A DNA stretch of 39,482 nt from Bacteroidales bacterium (GTDB lineage: Bacteria > Bacteroidota > Bacteroidia > Bacteroidales > WCHB1-69), in NCBI GenBank assembly GCA_012518765.1, contig JAAYRN010000179.1:1-39482 (forward strand), written 5' to 3'. The position numbers and the translations under genes were made by a program. How positions within the stretch are numbered: the first letter of the stretch is position 1; each line of letters opens with the position of its first letter. The notes under the pieces were generated by a model. The model was not told the origin of the DNA and did not search any database. It saw only the letters and a program-made list of their open reading frames with translations. Of the stretch, positions 1-10,893 are shown in pieces.

Positions 1-333
1 AACATGACAGATGCTTTAAAATTTAATTTACAGCTGTAGTTAGATAGTATCTTTATAAAAGCAAGTTTAAAAATTGGTGGAAATATTTTTTGAAAAGAGA
101 GCCAAAAAGACACTTTCCATTTATTCATCATCCTTTTGAAGTTAAATGCAGCGGTAGCTAACATAATATTGATAGTATCGCTTACCTTCTCTTTTATAAA
201 AGTTTCGATTTAGTCTATGGTCTGATTTAAAATGTCCAATTATCGGTTTTATAACTGTCCTCTTTTTATGGGCATTGCTGATTTTCTTTTGTTTATAGTA
301 ACTATCTGATTTTTTAGAGAACGGAGCTATCAC
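1..333 (-). pseudogene. IS5/IS4-type (DDE_Tnp_1) transposase, C-terminal remnant; 5'-truncated and frameshifted
   Basis: The 63-aa ORF (GTG at 333) contains KPIIGHFKSDHRLNRNFYK, the conserved C-terminal block of IS5-family transposases. Shifting frame near position ~190 restores the canonical ending DTINIMLATAAFNFKRMMNKW, which then runs on to the window edge. An in-frame stop lies just upstream (346-348), and no DDE catalytic core is present. Confidence 0.6.
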
Positions 334-523
334 TGGGATATGCTTTTATTGACACAACGAATACGAAAAAGAAAAATACAATTATAAATCATTGATATAT
401 AGTAAGTAAAGTTGGTGTTTTTCTAACACTACACATTAGAAGTTTTTTACTCAAAAATCATTATAAGATTTTTCGTTATCAACAAATTACATATAAATTT
501 ACATATAGCGTGTTGTCTATCTT

Positions 524-2257
<1,734 letters not shown>

Positions 2258-2294
2258 TTATATTTGATTTATTGATTACTCTTTTAAATATCTG

Positions 2295-2302
2295 CAAAAT
2301 TA
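2295..2302 (-). promoter_or_regulatory. Bacteroidetes-type -7 box (TAatTTTG) upstream of thiC
   Basis: Exact TAnnTTTG match on the minus strand, ~50 nt upstream of the thiC ATG. Confidence 0.4.
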
Positions 2303-2403
2303 CTCTTTTTCTGATAGAGTGTAAACAAAATAAGGCATTAAGTGTTATAATATTATTATTTTACACAGAAAACATTAAAATATTTTATTCTATATAACTG
2401 ATT

Positions 2404-3291
2404 ATGCTTTCGTTCAAACCAGTAGAACTGTCAGACAAACCCTTGTTACAACCTTTTTTATACAAACATCAAAAACTGCTTTGCAATTGGAGTTTTCCCA
2501 ACATGATTCTGTGGCACGATGCTTATTTGCCTTATTACACGCTTGTTGACAACATATTACTCGTAGCTGCTATGAAAGATAAACCAATCTATGGTTTTCC
2601 TATCGGCGAAGGAGATATACAGTCAGCCATAAACGTTTTGATTGAACACACAAAAAAACACAATCACGTTTTAACCTTAGCTTTTTTAACAGAAGAAATG
2701 AAGGAAACCTTAGAGTCGCTGTTTCCCAATCGATTTAACTTTGAGGAAGATAGAGGAACTTTTGACTATATATATAATGTAAGCGATTTGTTGCATTTAA
2801 AAGGAAAGAAATACCAATCTAAACGCAATCATATTAACCAGTTTAAGAAAAAATATAACTACACATACCACCCATTAACCGTAAAAGACATTCCCGAATG
2901 TTTGGAAATGCAAAGCCAGTGGTATGATGAAAATGAATGTAGTACAGACTCCTGTTCTTTGGAATTAGAGAATTGTGCCGTCAAACGTGGATTGGGCTTT
3001 TTCGGACAAATGGACATGAAAGGCGGTGTTTTACGAGTAAACAACAAAATAATAGCCTTCACCTTAGGGCAAGCCTTAAACAAAGATGTTTTTGAAGTAA
3101 ATATAGAGAAAGCTTTTAAGGATTATCACGGAGCTTACACCATGATTAATCAACTATTTGTAGAAGCTGAAATGCAAAACTATCAATATGTTAACCGTGA
3201 AGAAGATTTGGGTATACCCTCTATACGCAAGGCAAAACTATCGTATTATCCCACTATTATTTTAAAAAAATATAAAGCTACTCTAAAGTAA
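2404..3291 (+). CDS. DUF2156 (LPG_synthase_C / MprF C-terminal-like) domain protein, soluble
   Basis: 295 aa. Motifs KGKKYQSKRNHINQFKKKY and NREEDLGIPSIRKAKLSYYP match the family hallmarks as I recall them. No transmembrane segments. Confidence 0.75.
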   Translation: MLSFKPVELSDKPLLQPFLYKHQKLLCNWSFPNMILWHDAYLPYYTLVDNILLVAAMKDKPIYGFPIGEGDIQSAINVLIEHTKKHNHVLTLAFLTEEMKETLESLFPNRFNFEEDRGTFDYIYNVSDLLHLKGKKYQSKRNHINQFKKKYNYTYHPLTVKDIPECLEMQSQWYDENECSTDSCSLELENCAVKRGLGFFGQMDMKGGVLRVNNKIIAFTLGQALNKDVFEVNIEKAFKDYHGAYTMINQLFVEAEMQNYQYVNREEDLGIPSIRKAKLSYYPTIILKKYKATLK

Positions 3292-3296
3292 AAATC

Positions 3297-4391
3297 ATGA
3301 TTGTTTACGCCGATAATAATTTAAAAAAAGAAGTAGAACGTATATGGAGAATTAGCTTCCCTGATGATTCTTACGACTTTACCGATTTTTATTTTCGCAC
3401 AAAATATAAAAACGAAAACACTCTGATTTGGATGGAAAATGGTAAAGCCGCCGCCTGCTTGCAAATGCTACCCTATACATTTACGTATTACAACCAACTG
3501 ATACCCATAGCCTACATTTCGGGTGCAGCCACACTTCCCGAATTTAGAAACAAAGGTATTATGAAAAAACTCCTCACACATGCCTACTATGAAATGCTAA
3601 AAAAAGACATTCCCCTAAGCATCTTAATTCCTCAAGAACCTTGGTTAGTAGATTTTTATGAACGTTTGGGATATACCAACTCTTTTATGTATACCTCTGA
3701 AAAATTTCAAACCAAAAGCAATTACAAGCCCTGTGATACATATAATATTGAAGAAATAAATGACAACAACAAACACGATGCCTACCGTTTTTATGCAAAC
3801 TATTTCGTAAAAGAAAATCTATGTTTACAAAAAAGTAAAAACGATTTCGATGCTTTGATTGAATTGTATCAACTCGAAAATGGGCGTATTTTTTTAGCCT
3901 TATCCCAGCAAAACATTCACGGTATTTGTTTTACAAATCCTATGGATAATCAAATCATAATTAAAGATTGTGTGGGCACACATGCCAAGGTTAAATCGAG
4001 TTTATTACAGCACGTGGCTATTACCTATTTTCCCAAAGAAATTAGTATACAATCGGAAGGAAATGATGAGAAAAACAACATCACAAAAGGCATGGCTCGT
4101 GTTATTGATACAGAAAAAATGCTAAAACTTTTCGCAAACGCACATAAAAACCTGACATTTGAATTCGACTTACACGACCCTCAACTAATAGAAAATCAAG
4201 TAAGATATAGGATTGAAAATGGAGTGTATAAAAAAACAGCTATCGAAACAAACTTTGATTCAGACAGGAGAAACACAATAAATATCAATCTATTAACTCG
4301 ATTATTATTAGGATATAAAATCAATGATTTGGATGCAGTTTATCATCATTTTCCTTGTAAATATCCCTATATGAGTTTAATGATGGACTAA
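3297..4391 (+). CDS. GNAT family N-acyltransferase, Eis-like multidomain architecture
   Basis: 364 aa. GNAT motif-A region is ISGAATLPEFRNKGIMKKLL. The length and the C-terminal INLLTRLLLGY segment resemble the GNAT+SCP2-like layout of Eis. Starts 5 nt after the preceding stop. Confidence 0.6.
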   Translation: MIVYADNNLKKEVERIWRISFPDDSYDFTDFYFRTKYKNENTLIWMENGKAAACLQMLPYTFTYYNQLIPIAYISGAATLPEFRNKGIMKKLLTHAYYEMLKKDIPLSILIPQEPWLVDFYERLGYTNSFMYTSEKFQTKSNYKPCDTYNIEEINDNNKHDAYRFYANYFVKENLCLQKSKNDFDALIELYQLENGRIFLALSQQNIHGICFTNPMDNQIIIKDCVGTHAKVKSSLLQHVAITYFPKEISIQSEGNDEKNNITKGMARVIDTEKMLKLFANAHKNLTFEFDLHDPQLIENQVRYRIENGVYKKTAIETNFDSDRRNTININLLTRLLLGYKINDLDAVYHHFPCKYPYMSLMMD

Positions 4392-4458
4392 ATAAACTGA
4401 GTGTGATTTTTTATCAAAAAAATATTCATAAAAACGATAAACATATTAAAAAAAGTTG

Positions 4459-4466
4459 TACTTTTG
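4459..4466 (+). promoter_or_regulatory. -7 box TActTTTG upstream of rpsT
   Basis: Exact TAnnTTTG match, 47 nt upstream of the ATG at 4513. Confidence 0.45.
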
Positions 4467-4512
4467 CACTTTGAAAAAAATTGAAGTAAATTTTATTGAT
4501 AAATAAAAAAAT

Positions 4513-4767
4513 ATGGCAAATCATAAATCAGCACTAAAACGAATCAAACAAAACGAAAAAAGACGTTTACGAAATCGTTATTGGGGCAAAACCATGCGTA
4601 ATGCACTTAAAAAAGCAAGAAACATACAAGAAGCTTCTGAGCTACAAAGTAAAATGCCAGAAGTAGTATCTTTAATTGATAAAGCCGCTAAGAAAGGCGT
4701 TATACACAAAAACAAAGCCGCTAATTTAAAATCAGGTTTGATGACTAAATTAAATAAGATGGCTTAA
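4513..4767 (+). CDS. rpsT: 30S ribosomal protein S20
   Basis: 84-aa basic protein starting MANHKSALKRIKQNEKRRLRNR, with typical S20 sequence and size. Confidence 0.9.
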   Translation: MANHKSALKRIKQNEKRRLRNRYWGKTMRNALKKARNIQEASELQSKMPEVVSLIDKAAKKGVIHKNKAANLKSGLMTKLNKMA

Positions 4768-4806
4768 TTGGATTAGAGTTTTTTTCATTGGTTTAAAAGT
4801 TTTACA

Positions 4807-4842
4807 GAAAAGCCGTTCGAGGAGAATGGCTTTTCGCTTTTT
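4807..4842 (+). terminator. rho-independent terminator after rpsT
   Basis: 8-bp stem GAAAAGCC (4807-4814) pairs with GGCTTTTC (4828-4835). The loop is 13 nt and GCTTTTT follows. Confidence 0.6.
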
Positions 4843-5015
4843 ATAGCCCTTCCGTATTGAAAACTCAAAAAAAAGCATTTTCTCCCCTATCTAACAGTCT
4901 TCCAAAGTTTCATCCCATACAATAAACACTTTAAAAGTTCTTTTTTTGAAAATAATTCATAAAAAACAAAACTTTTTCGCAAAGCTTTCGTATAAACAAG
5001 CAGATTTAAAAAAGT

Positions 5016-5798
5016 ATGGAAAATATCTATCGTATAAAAAAGGTCATTCATAACTATTATCGCGTCAACAAAGAACTGTCTTTTGGAGGGGGTCCTACCG
5101 AAGACGGAGAAAAATATATAGAAAAAGTAAATATTGAAAAGGAAATATTAAATTATTTTGGATTACCGCTAACAAGTAAATACATCAAACTAATATGGAG
5201 TATTTTTGATATTTCAGAGAACATAGATGAAGTAACTTCCATTTTACTGGAAGAGTTAGAAAAAAAATCCAACGAATTTAAGGCATCCAAAGAAAAGAAC
5301 ATGAGTTCTAAACTCTTAGAAGGAGTAAAAAACAACAAAGAAGCCTTTGATTTATTTCCCGATATTGAAATTGACTTGAACCTATATACCTTGTTTATTT
5401 ACAACGAAATACTTATCCAACAAAAACAGGATATTGAGTTAGTTATTCAAGAATTTGAAAAAATAAAAGGGAAAGAAAGTTTAATGAATATATACCAGCT
5501 CAGTCAATTAGCTAATGATTATGAAACAAGCTCGTATTATAAAATGCTTAAAAATAAGCAATTATTTTTCTTAGATGACTTTATAAACTGGTGTAAAACA
5601 AGAGATAACCAAAAAATAAACAGTCATTTAAACATAGCTATAAAAAACGAAGATGCCATCCAATCCCTTTGTTTAGCTTTTCGATTGTTTTTATATTACA
5701 AAAATCAAGGATATTCCATGGAAAAGGCTAAAAAACATTCGGGACTCATCAACGACCGTGTGTTTAAATTAGTACAATATGTATACACACATTCCTGA
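5016..5798 (+). CDS. hypothetical protein (helical, Lys/Glu-rich, no recognisable domain)
   Basis: 260-aa ORF with coding-like composition. It has no signal peptide and no motif I recognise. Terminators flank it on both sides. Confidence 0.6.
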   Translation: MENIYRIKKVIHNYYRVNKELSFGGGPTEDGEKYIEKVNIEKEILNYFGLPLTSKYIKLIWSIFDISENIDEVTSILLEELEKKSNEFKASKEKNMSSKLLEGVKNNKEAFDLFPDIEIDLNLYTLFIYNEILIQQKQDIELVIQEFEKIKGKESLMNIYQLSQLANDYETSSYYKMLKNKQLFFLDDFINWCKTRDNQKINSHLNIAIKNEDAIQSLCLAFRLFLYYKNQGYSMEKAKKHSGLINDRVFKLVQYVYTHS

Positions 5799-5847
5799 TT
5801 ATCAATTTTTGAAGTTTGCATTTGTTAATATATAATTGTTATTGTTG

Positions 5848-5881
5848 CGGAAAGATTTAAAAGTATCTTTCCGTTTTTTTT
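5848..5881 (+). terminator. rho-independent terminator after 5016..5798
   Basis: 9-bp stem CGGAAAGAT (5848-5856) pairs with ATCTTTCCG (5865-5873). The loop is 8 nt and a T8 run follows. Confidence 0.8.
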
Positions 5882-5955
5882 ATCAGAAAAATAGCATTAT
5901 TTCAATAATTATTGTATTTATTGCAAAACTTTCAATTTACTGTGTTTATTTTTAA

Positions 5956-5963
5956 TAACTTTG
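5956..5963 (+). promoter_or_regulatory. -7 box TAacTTTG upstream of the OMP-pheT unit (second candidate TAtaTTTG at 5969..5976)
   Basis: Two exact TAnnTTTG matches lie 40-55 nt upstream of the ATG at 6018. Confidence 0.4.
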
Positions 5964-6017
5964 TAAATTATATTTGTACACAAGAATTTATACATAAAAA
6001 AGAATTATATTCCATAA

Positions 6018-6908
6018 ATGAAACGCATAATCAGCATATTATGTTTTATTTACGTCTTTAGTCAAATGGGTTATGCCCAATACTATAAAGGTCCACAAAA
6101 CAAATGGAATATCAGTATGCACATAGGAATGAATAGTTTTTTTGGAGACGTATCTAATACCAAAAACAAATTTATATTCAGCGATCCTTTTACAAAAGAC
6201 TTTTATATGAACCGTAACGCAATGTATCAATTGTCGTTAGGCTACGATATACTTCCAGCTTGGAATTTAAAATTCAACGTTTTATACGGAAATTTACAAG
6301 GTGAAGGCAATGATTTGGGTTTGAAATTCAAATCGTTTTATACTCATGAATTTAGCTTTATCAATTCCTTAGATATATTATCCATAGTAGGCATAGATGA
6401 ATGGGGTTTTAACGTCCACTTAGGAGCGGGCGTTTACTCCTATAAAACGGTATTGGTAAGTGGAACCCAAGAAACCATACCACGACCTAATAATCAACAT
6501 TTTATATATTCATTTTCCATGCCTTTTGGAATTGGGTTTGCTTATAATTTTGATGAAAATTGGAAAACTAAAGTCGATTTAATATATCGTTGGATAGAAA
6601 AAGACGACTTAGATGGGTATGTTTCTGATATGAAAAAATTTGAAGGTTTTTCTTATGTAAGTATAGGCTTTCAATACTCTTTCAATATTTCGCCCATGCA
6701 CCGTAGAACCAACGTACGCAAACATTTTAAACAAATAAACAACTACAACTTTTCGGCTATGGGAAAAGATCAAACTCATATAGAATACCGAAAAAGAAAA
6801 CGACAAGGAAACCTACAACCCGTTAACGATTATAATCGCAAACAACGAATGAGGCACAACTCTTCCATTCATAGAAAACATTTTCAAAAATTAAAACTTA
6901 GACGATAA
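6018..6908 (+). CDS. outer-membrane beta-barrel protein (DUF6089-like) with a long basic C-terminal extension
   Basis: Signal peptide MKRIISILCFIYVFSQMGYAQ. Alternating beta-strand pattern, with a barrel-terminal signature VSIGFQYSF ending at 6683. A 74-aa Lys/Arg/His/Asn-rich tail follows. Confidence 0.55.
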   Translation: MKRIISILCFIYVFSQMGYAQYYKGPQNKWNISMHIGMNSFFGDVSNTKNKFIFSDPFTKDFYMNRNAMYQLSLGYDILPAWNLKFNVLYGNLQGEGNDLGLKFKSFYTHEFSFINSLDILSIVGIDEWGFNVHLGAGVYSYKTVLVSGTQETIPRPNNQHFIYSFSMPFGIGFAYNFDENWKTKVDLIYRWIEKDDLDGYVSDMKKFEGFSYVSIGFQYSFNISPMHRRTNVRKHFKQINNYNFSAMGKDQTHIEYRKRKRQGNLQPVNDYNRKQRMRHNSSIHRKHFQKLKLRR

Positions 6909-6922
6909 ATTAATATTTACTC

Positions 6923-9382
6923 ATGAATATTTCGTATAATTGGTTAAAGAAATATATTGACATTGATTTAAGTATCGATGAAACAGCTAACATTTTAACA
7001 AACATTGGATTAGAAGTAGAAGGAATACAGCTTTACGAAAGCATTAAAGGAGGGTTAGATAAGGTTTATATAGGTAAAGTTGTTTCGTGTGAGAAACATC
7101 CCAATGCCGATAAACTACAACTAACAAGCGTAGATATAGGACAAGATAAACTATTAAATATCGTTTGTGGAGCAAAAAATGTAGCTATAAATCAACACGT
7201 TGTAGTGGCTACCGTAGGTTCTACTTTACATCCCACAGAAGGTGAACCCTTTCAAATTAAAAAAACAAAAATCAGAGGAGAAGTATCAGAAGGAATGATA
7301 TGTGCTGAAGATGAATTAGGTATAGGATTTTCACACGAAGGTATTATGGTCTTAAACGACAAACCTCCCGTAGGTATGCCAGCCAAAGACTACTTTAAAG
7401 TAGTTACCGACACCATCTTTGAAATTGGACTAACTCCCAACCGCAGCGATGCCACTTCACACCTTGGAGTAGCCAGAGATATAGCAGCTTATATCAATAC
7501 ACATCATAAAAAGAAAATCAAATTACACTACCCAGGAGTAGATAAATTTCCAGTTTCAACTTACCCCAACCCTATTAAAATTAGCATACAAGACACCAAA
7601 GCATGCCCTCGATATACGGGTTTGTGTATAAGCGGTATACAAGTCAAAGAATCACCCGATTGGCTCAAAGACAAACTAAACGCTATAGGCATTCGCCCCA
7701 TCAACAATGTTGTAGACATTACCCAGTTTGTACTTTTTGAAATAGGACAACCTTTACATGCTTTTGATGCCGATAAAATAACAGGTAATCATGTGATTAT
7801 CAAAAAAGCAAAAGAAGGAACACCTTTCGTTACCTTAGACGAAATAGAACGAAAACTAAGTAAAAACGACCTCATGATTTGCAACGAATCAGAGGCTATG
7901 TGTATGGCTGGTATCATGGGTGGAAAAGATTCTGGAATAACCGAAGACACCACCAATGTATTTTTAGAAAGTGCTTATTTTAACCCTATTAACATACGAA
8001 AATCGTCTAAATTTCACGCCCTAAAAACGGACTCCTCCTTCCGCTACGAAAGAGGTTGCGACCCTAATATTACACTTTATGCCATACAAAGAGCTGCCTT
8101 GCTCATACAAGAATTAGCCGGAGGCGAAATATCGGATATTACCGATGTATATCCTCAAAAAATAGAGGAAAAACAAATTACCATCAACTTCAATCGCATC
8201 AACAGTTTGATTGGGAAAATTATTGATAAGGAAACCATAAAACAAGTACTTACTTCTTTAGAAATAAAAATACTAAAAGAAATAGCCGATACCATGTTAC
8301 TTTCGGTTCCAAGCTACCGCAGCGATGTTACACGCGAAGCCGATATTATAGAAGAATTTCTACGTATTTACGGCTACAACAACGTAGAAGTAAAACAATC
8401 GTTTATATACACACCTTCGAAACTAAACGAAAGCCCGCTCATCGCTTTTAAAGAAAAAACATCTACCTTTTTGAGTTGCAATGGATTTTATGAAATCATG
8501 AACAACTCATTGACTAAAAGCGACTATGCAGAATTTGATTTTATAAATAAAGACGAAACCATTCCCTTGATAAACCCCTTGAGCAAAGACTTACAAAATA
8601 TGCGTCAAACTCTTTTGTTTGGAGGACTTGAAACCATTGCACACAATATCAATCACTCTAACTTCAATTTGCGTTTGTACGAATTTGGTTCCATTTATAA
8701 AAAAGATACCGACAAAACAAACAGCAATAATGTCGTAGAAAAATATCCCCAGCACCAACGATTGGCTTTGTTTTCTACCGGCATACGACATGACAGATCG
8801 TGGCAAATAAAAGAAGAAGAAAACGATTTTTATTATTTGAAGAACACAATTTCACATCTGCTAAAAATCAACGGTTTATTAGCACAACGCTTTCAAACAC
8901 AAACAAACGCATCCTACGAATCGATGGTAAATGTATTGCATTACCTGTATAGAGAAAAAAAACTAATTAGCATAGGCGAAATCAACGAAAAAATATTGAA
9001 ATATTTTGGCATCAAACAAAGTGTTTATTATGCCGAAATAGATTATGAACAATTACTTACATTCTTTGAAAGCGAAAAAATTGTTTTCAAAGATATTAAT
9101 AAATTCCCAGAAGTTCACAGAGATTTAGCCCTACTGATAGACAAACACATTAGCTACGAAGAAATTGAAAAAATAGCCTACCAAACAGGAAAGCCCTACA
9201 TAAAATCAGTCAATTTGTTCGATGTGTACGAAGGCAAAAACTTAGAAGCAGGCAAAAAATCATACGCCGTCAATTTTGTTATTTCCGACAACAGCAAAAC
9301 ATTGTCTAACGATGAAATAAACGCCGTAATGGACAAACTAATAGCTACCTACGAAAAGGAGCTAAACGCTAAGTTGAGGTAA
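6923..9382 (+). CDS. pheT: phenylalanine--tRNA ligase beta subunit
   Basis: 819 aa. N-terminus MNISYNWLKKYI, followed by tRNA-binding OB, B3/4, B5 and C-terminal FDX-ACB-like regions in the canonical order. Starts 14 nt after the upstream gene. Confidence 0.95.
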   Translation: MNISYNWLKKYIDIDLSIDETANILTNIGLEVEGIQLYESIKGGLDKVYIGKVVSCEKHPNADKLQLTSVDIGQDKLLNIVCGAKNVAINQHVVVATVGSTLHPTEGEPFQIKKTKIRGEVSEGMICAEDELGIGFSHEGIMVLNDKPPVGMPAKDYFKVVTDTIFEIGLTPNRSDATSHLGVARDIAAYINTHHKKKIKLHYPGVDKFPVSTYPNPIKISIQDTKACPRYTGLCISGIQVKESPDWLKDKLNAIGIRPINNVVDITQFVLFEIGQPLHAFDADKITGNHVIIKKAKEGTPFVTLDEIERKLSKNDLMICNESEAMCMAGIMGGKDSGITEDTTNVFLESAYFNPINIRKSSKFHALKTDSSFRYERGCDPNITLYAIQRAALLIQELAGGEISDITDVYPQKIEEKQITINFNRINSLIGKIIDKETIKQVLTSLEIKILKEIADTMLLSVPSYRSDVTREADIIEEFLRIYGYNNVEVKQSFIYTPSKLNESPLIAFKEKTSTFLSCNGFYEIMNNSLTKSDYAEFDFINKDETIPLINPLSKDLQNMRQTLLFGGLETIAHNINHSNFNLRLYEFGSIYKKDTDKTNSNNVVEKYPQHQRLALFSTGIRHDRSWQIKEEENDFYYLKNTISHLLKINGLLAQRFQTQTNASYESMVNVLHYLYREKKLISIGEINEKILKYFGIKQSVYYAEIDYEQLLTFFESEKIVFKDINKFPEVHRDLALLIDKHISYEEIEKIAYQTGKPYIKSVNLFDVYEGKNLEAGKKSYAVNFVISDNSKTLSNDEINAVMDKLIATYEKELNAKLR

Positions 9383-9476
9383 TTTATAAAGAAAAACAAA
9401 CAATAATTTTTCATTAAACATGAGAAATTATCAAATTTTCAGGACTCCATTATAATTAACCATTATAAAAAATATT

Positions 9477-10103
9477 TTACTTGTTTTTATTGAATGATTT
9501 AGCAAGATATACCTTTTGTGTGCCTGTAATAGAAATCATTGATTCTTTGCTCATTTCTCGTATTATCCAACGATAAAATTTACAGTTATTACTCGTTTTT
9601 ATAACAGAACTCACATTTTTATCTTTTTTTGTTATCGGATTGTATTTAGCGTATAACTCACTATCTTTTTCTTTGATAACCCCCGAATAAATGTATTCTT
9701 CATCGCAGGAAATAATCATATACGCTTTCTTACCTTCTTCATTTGACATTGGCTCATTACTAAGTGCTTCTTGACGTGTCCAGTAGGGAATCCAGCGCGG
9801 AGTCCAGCGTTGCAACCAAAGTGCAGTAAAAACATCTCCTATTAATTCAGACAAAGCCCAACTATCACGGTAAAATGCCTTTTGAAAGGGCGGTTTATCG
9901 GTTATGTTAATGAGATGTTCTGGATTGAGAAAAAAGACAGAACCAGTCGACAACTCTCTGATTTTTGCAGCTGTATCGGACTCTATGGGAAGAAAAACTT
10001 CTTTATGTGAACATGCTAACTTGTGTTCAATACATGAGGAGAAAACACTTGTTCCTATTGTTACTACAAAAATGACAGCTACGATATTTTTATTTTTTTT
10101 CAT
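9477..10103 (-). CDS. hypothetical lipoprotein (Trp-rich)
   Basis: I prefer the internal ATG at 10103, which gives MKKNKNIVAVIFVVTIGTSVFSSC with a lipobox Cys. That ATG sits 1 nt from the upstream stop (10105-10107). No known domain; it contains LWLQRWTPRWIPYWTRQ. Confidence 0.6.
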   Translation of the reverse strand: MKKNKNIVAVIFVVTIGTSVFSSCIEHKLACSHKEVFLPIESDTAAKIRELSTGSVFFLNPEHLINITDKPPFQKAFYRDSWALSELIGDVFTALWLQRWTPRWIPYWTRQEALSNEPMSNEEGKKAYMIISCDEEYIYSGVIKEKDSELYAKYNPITKKDKNVSSVIKTSNNCKFYRWIIREMSKESMISITGTQKVYLAKSFNKNK

Positions 10104-10104
10104 T

Positions 10105-10755
10105 TTATTTGATTTTGAAGTTATTATACAAAAATTTAAATCCGATGTCAAAATGGATTCTATCAAATCGCTCTTTATAATTATTAATAATCAACATATC
10201 GTTTGATTTCCAATATGTAGGAACTATACCAAATTCATAACCTAAAGAAAACACACATTGATTTTGTTCAAATCTTATTATTGGACCTATCATAAATTGC
10301 GTTGTTGATATTGAAAATGATGTAGAATTCATAAGAGAGTTAGTTAAAAAATTTAAATTACCTTTTTTAATATAAGTATTAATACTCATCAAATGATAGT
10401 GTATATTCCCTCCTAAGGTTAAGAAACTTCCATCTTTCAACATAAAATAACAACCAACTCCCAAATTAGACACCATAAGTCTCGTTACTACATTTTTATT
10501 TTGCATGCCTCCAATACCTAAAGCAAGATTTAAACCTACATGTTTGACTTTAAAATCAATCCCAAAAGAGACTTCATTTGTTACTGAGTTTAAATTATCT
10601 ACACCTATATCTTTTAATTTTTCCTTTATTTTAAAATTTGGATAAAGAGAGGTTGAGAGCAAATTATAATATGAAAAAAAAGCATCATTATTATTCTGAG
10701 AAAAAACAGAAAATATTCCAAGGTTTAGTAATAAAAACAGATTAAATACTTTCAT
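10105..10755 (-). CDS. secreted protein, probable small outer-membrane beta-barrel
   Basis: I prefer the ATG at 10755 (MKVFNLFLLLNLGIFSVFSQ signal peptide) over the GTG at 10797. The sequence has an alternating hydrophobic pattern and a Gly/aromatic-rich strand-like C-terminus. Confidence 0.5.
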   Translation of the reverse strand: MKVFNLFLLLNLGIFSVFSQNNNDAFFSYYNLLSTSLYPNFKIKEKLKDIGVDNLNSVTNEVSFGIDFKVKHVGLNLALGIGGMQNKNVVTRLMVSNLGVGCYFMLKDGSFLTLGGNIHYHLMSINTYIKKGNLNFLTNSLMNSTSFSISTTQFMIGPIIRFEQNQCVFSLGYEFGIVPTYWKSNDMLIINNYKERFDRIHFDIGFKFLYNNFKIK

Positions 10756-10893
10756 CTTTTTAATTTTAAAAAATTTATTTTTTGTACTTACGTTCACATC
10801 TACGTTTTTGTATATACTTTGTTTAATTTTATTCTAATTTATATACCATTCATCACCTCCCACACATAACATGCTTTTTGTCTGCTTACAAAT

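Noticed and set aside
396-419. A 24-nt segment TATATAGTAAGTAAAGTTGGTGTT resembles 18717..18740 (21 of 24 identical), with loosely similar TTATCAA...AATTTACAT sequence following both copies. I considered a dispersed repeat or MITE end.
   Set aside because: In a ~39-kb window this AT-rich, near-matches of this length are expected by chance on a rough estimate. No flanking inverted repeats or target duplications are visible.
9904-10206. A 100-aa plus-strand ORF, along with other 60-100-aa ORFs nested antisense in larger genes (for example 689..898, 1685..1918, 36776..37312).
   Set aside because: All lie inside and opposite to well-supported genes. Their translations are hydrophobic or low-complexity, as is typical of shadow frames.
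10830-10861. A strong Shine-Dalgarno-like GGGAGGTGAT on the minus strand, followed by tiny ORFs (MVYKLE or MMNGI).
   Set aside because: The ORFs have only 5-6 codons, and this lineage largely lacks SD-dependent initiation. I treat the segment as one arm of the G9 stem, not as coding.
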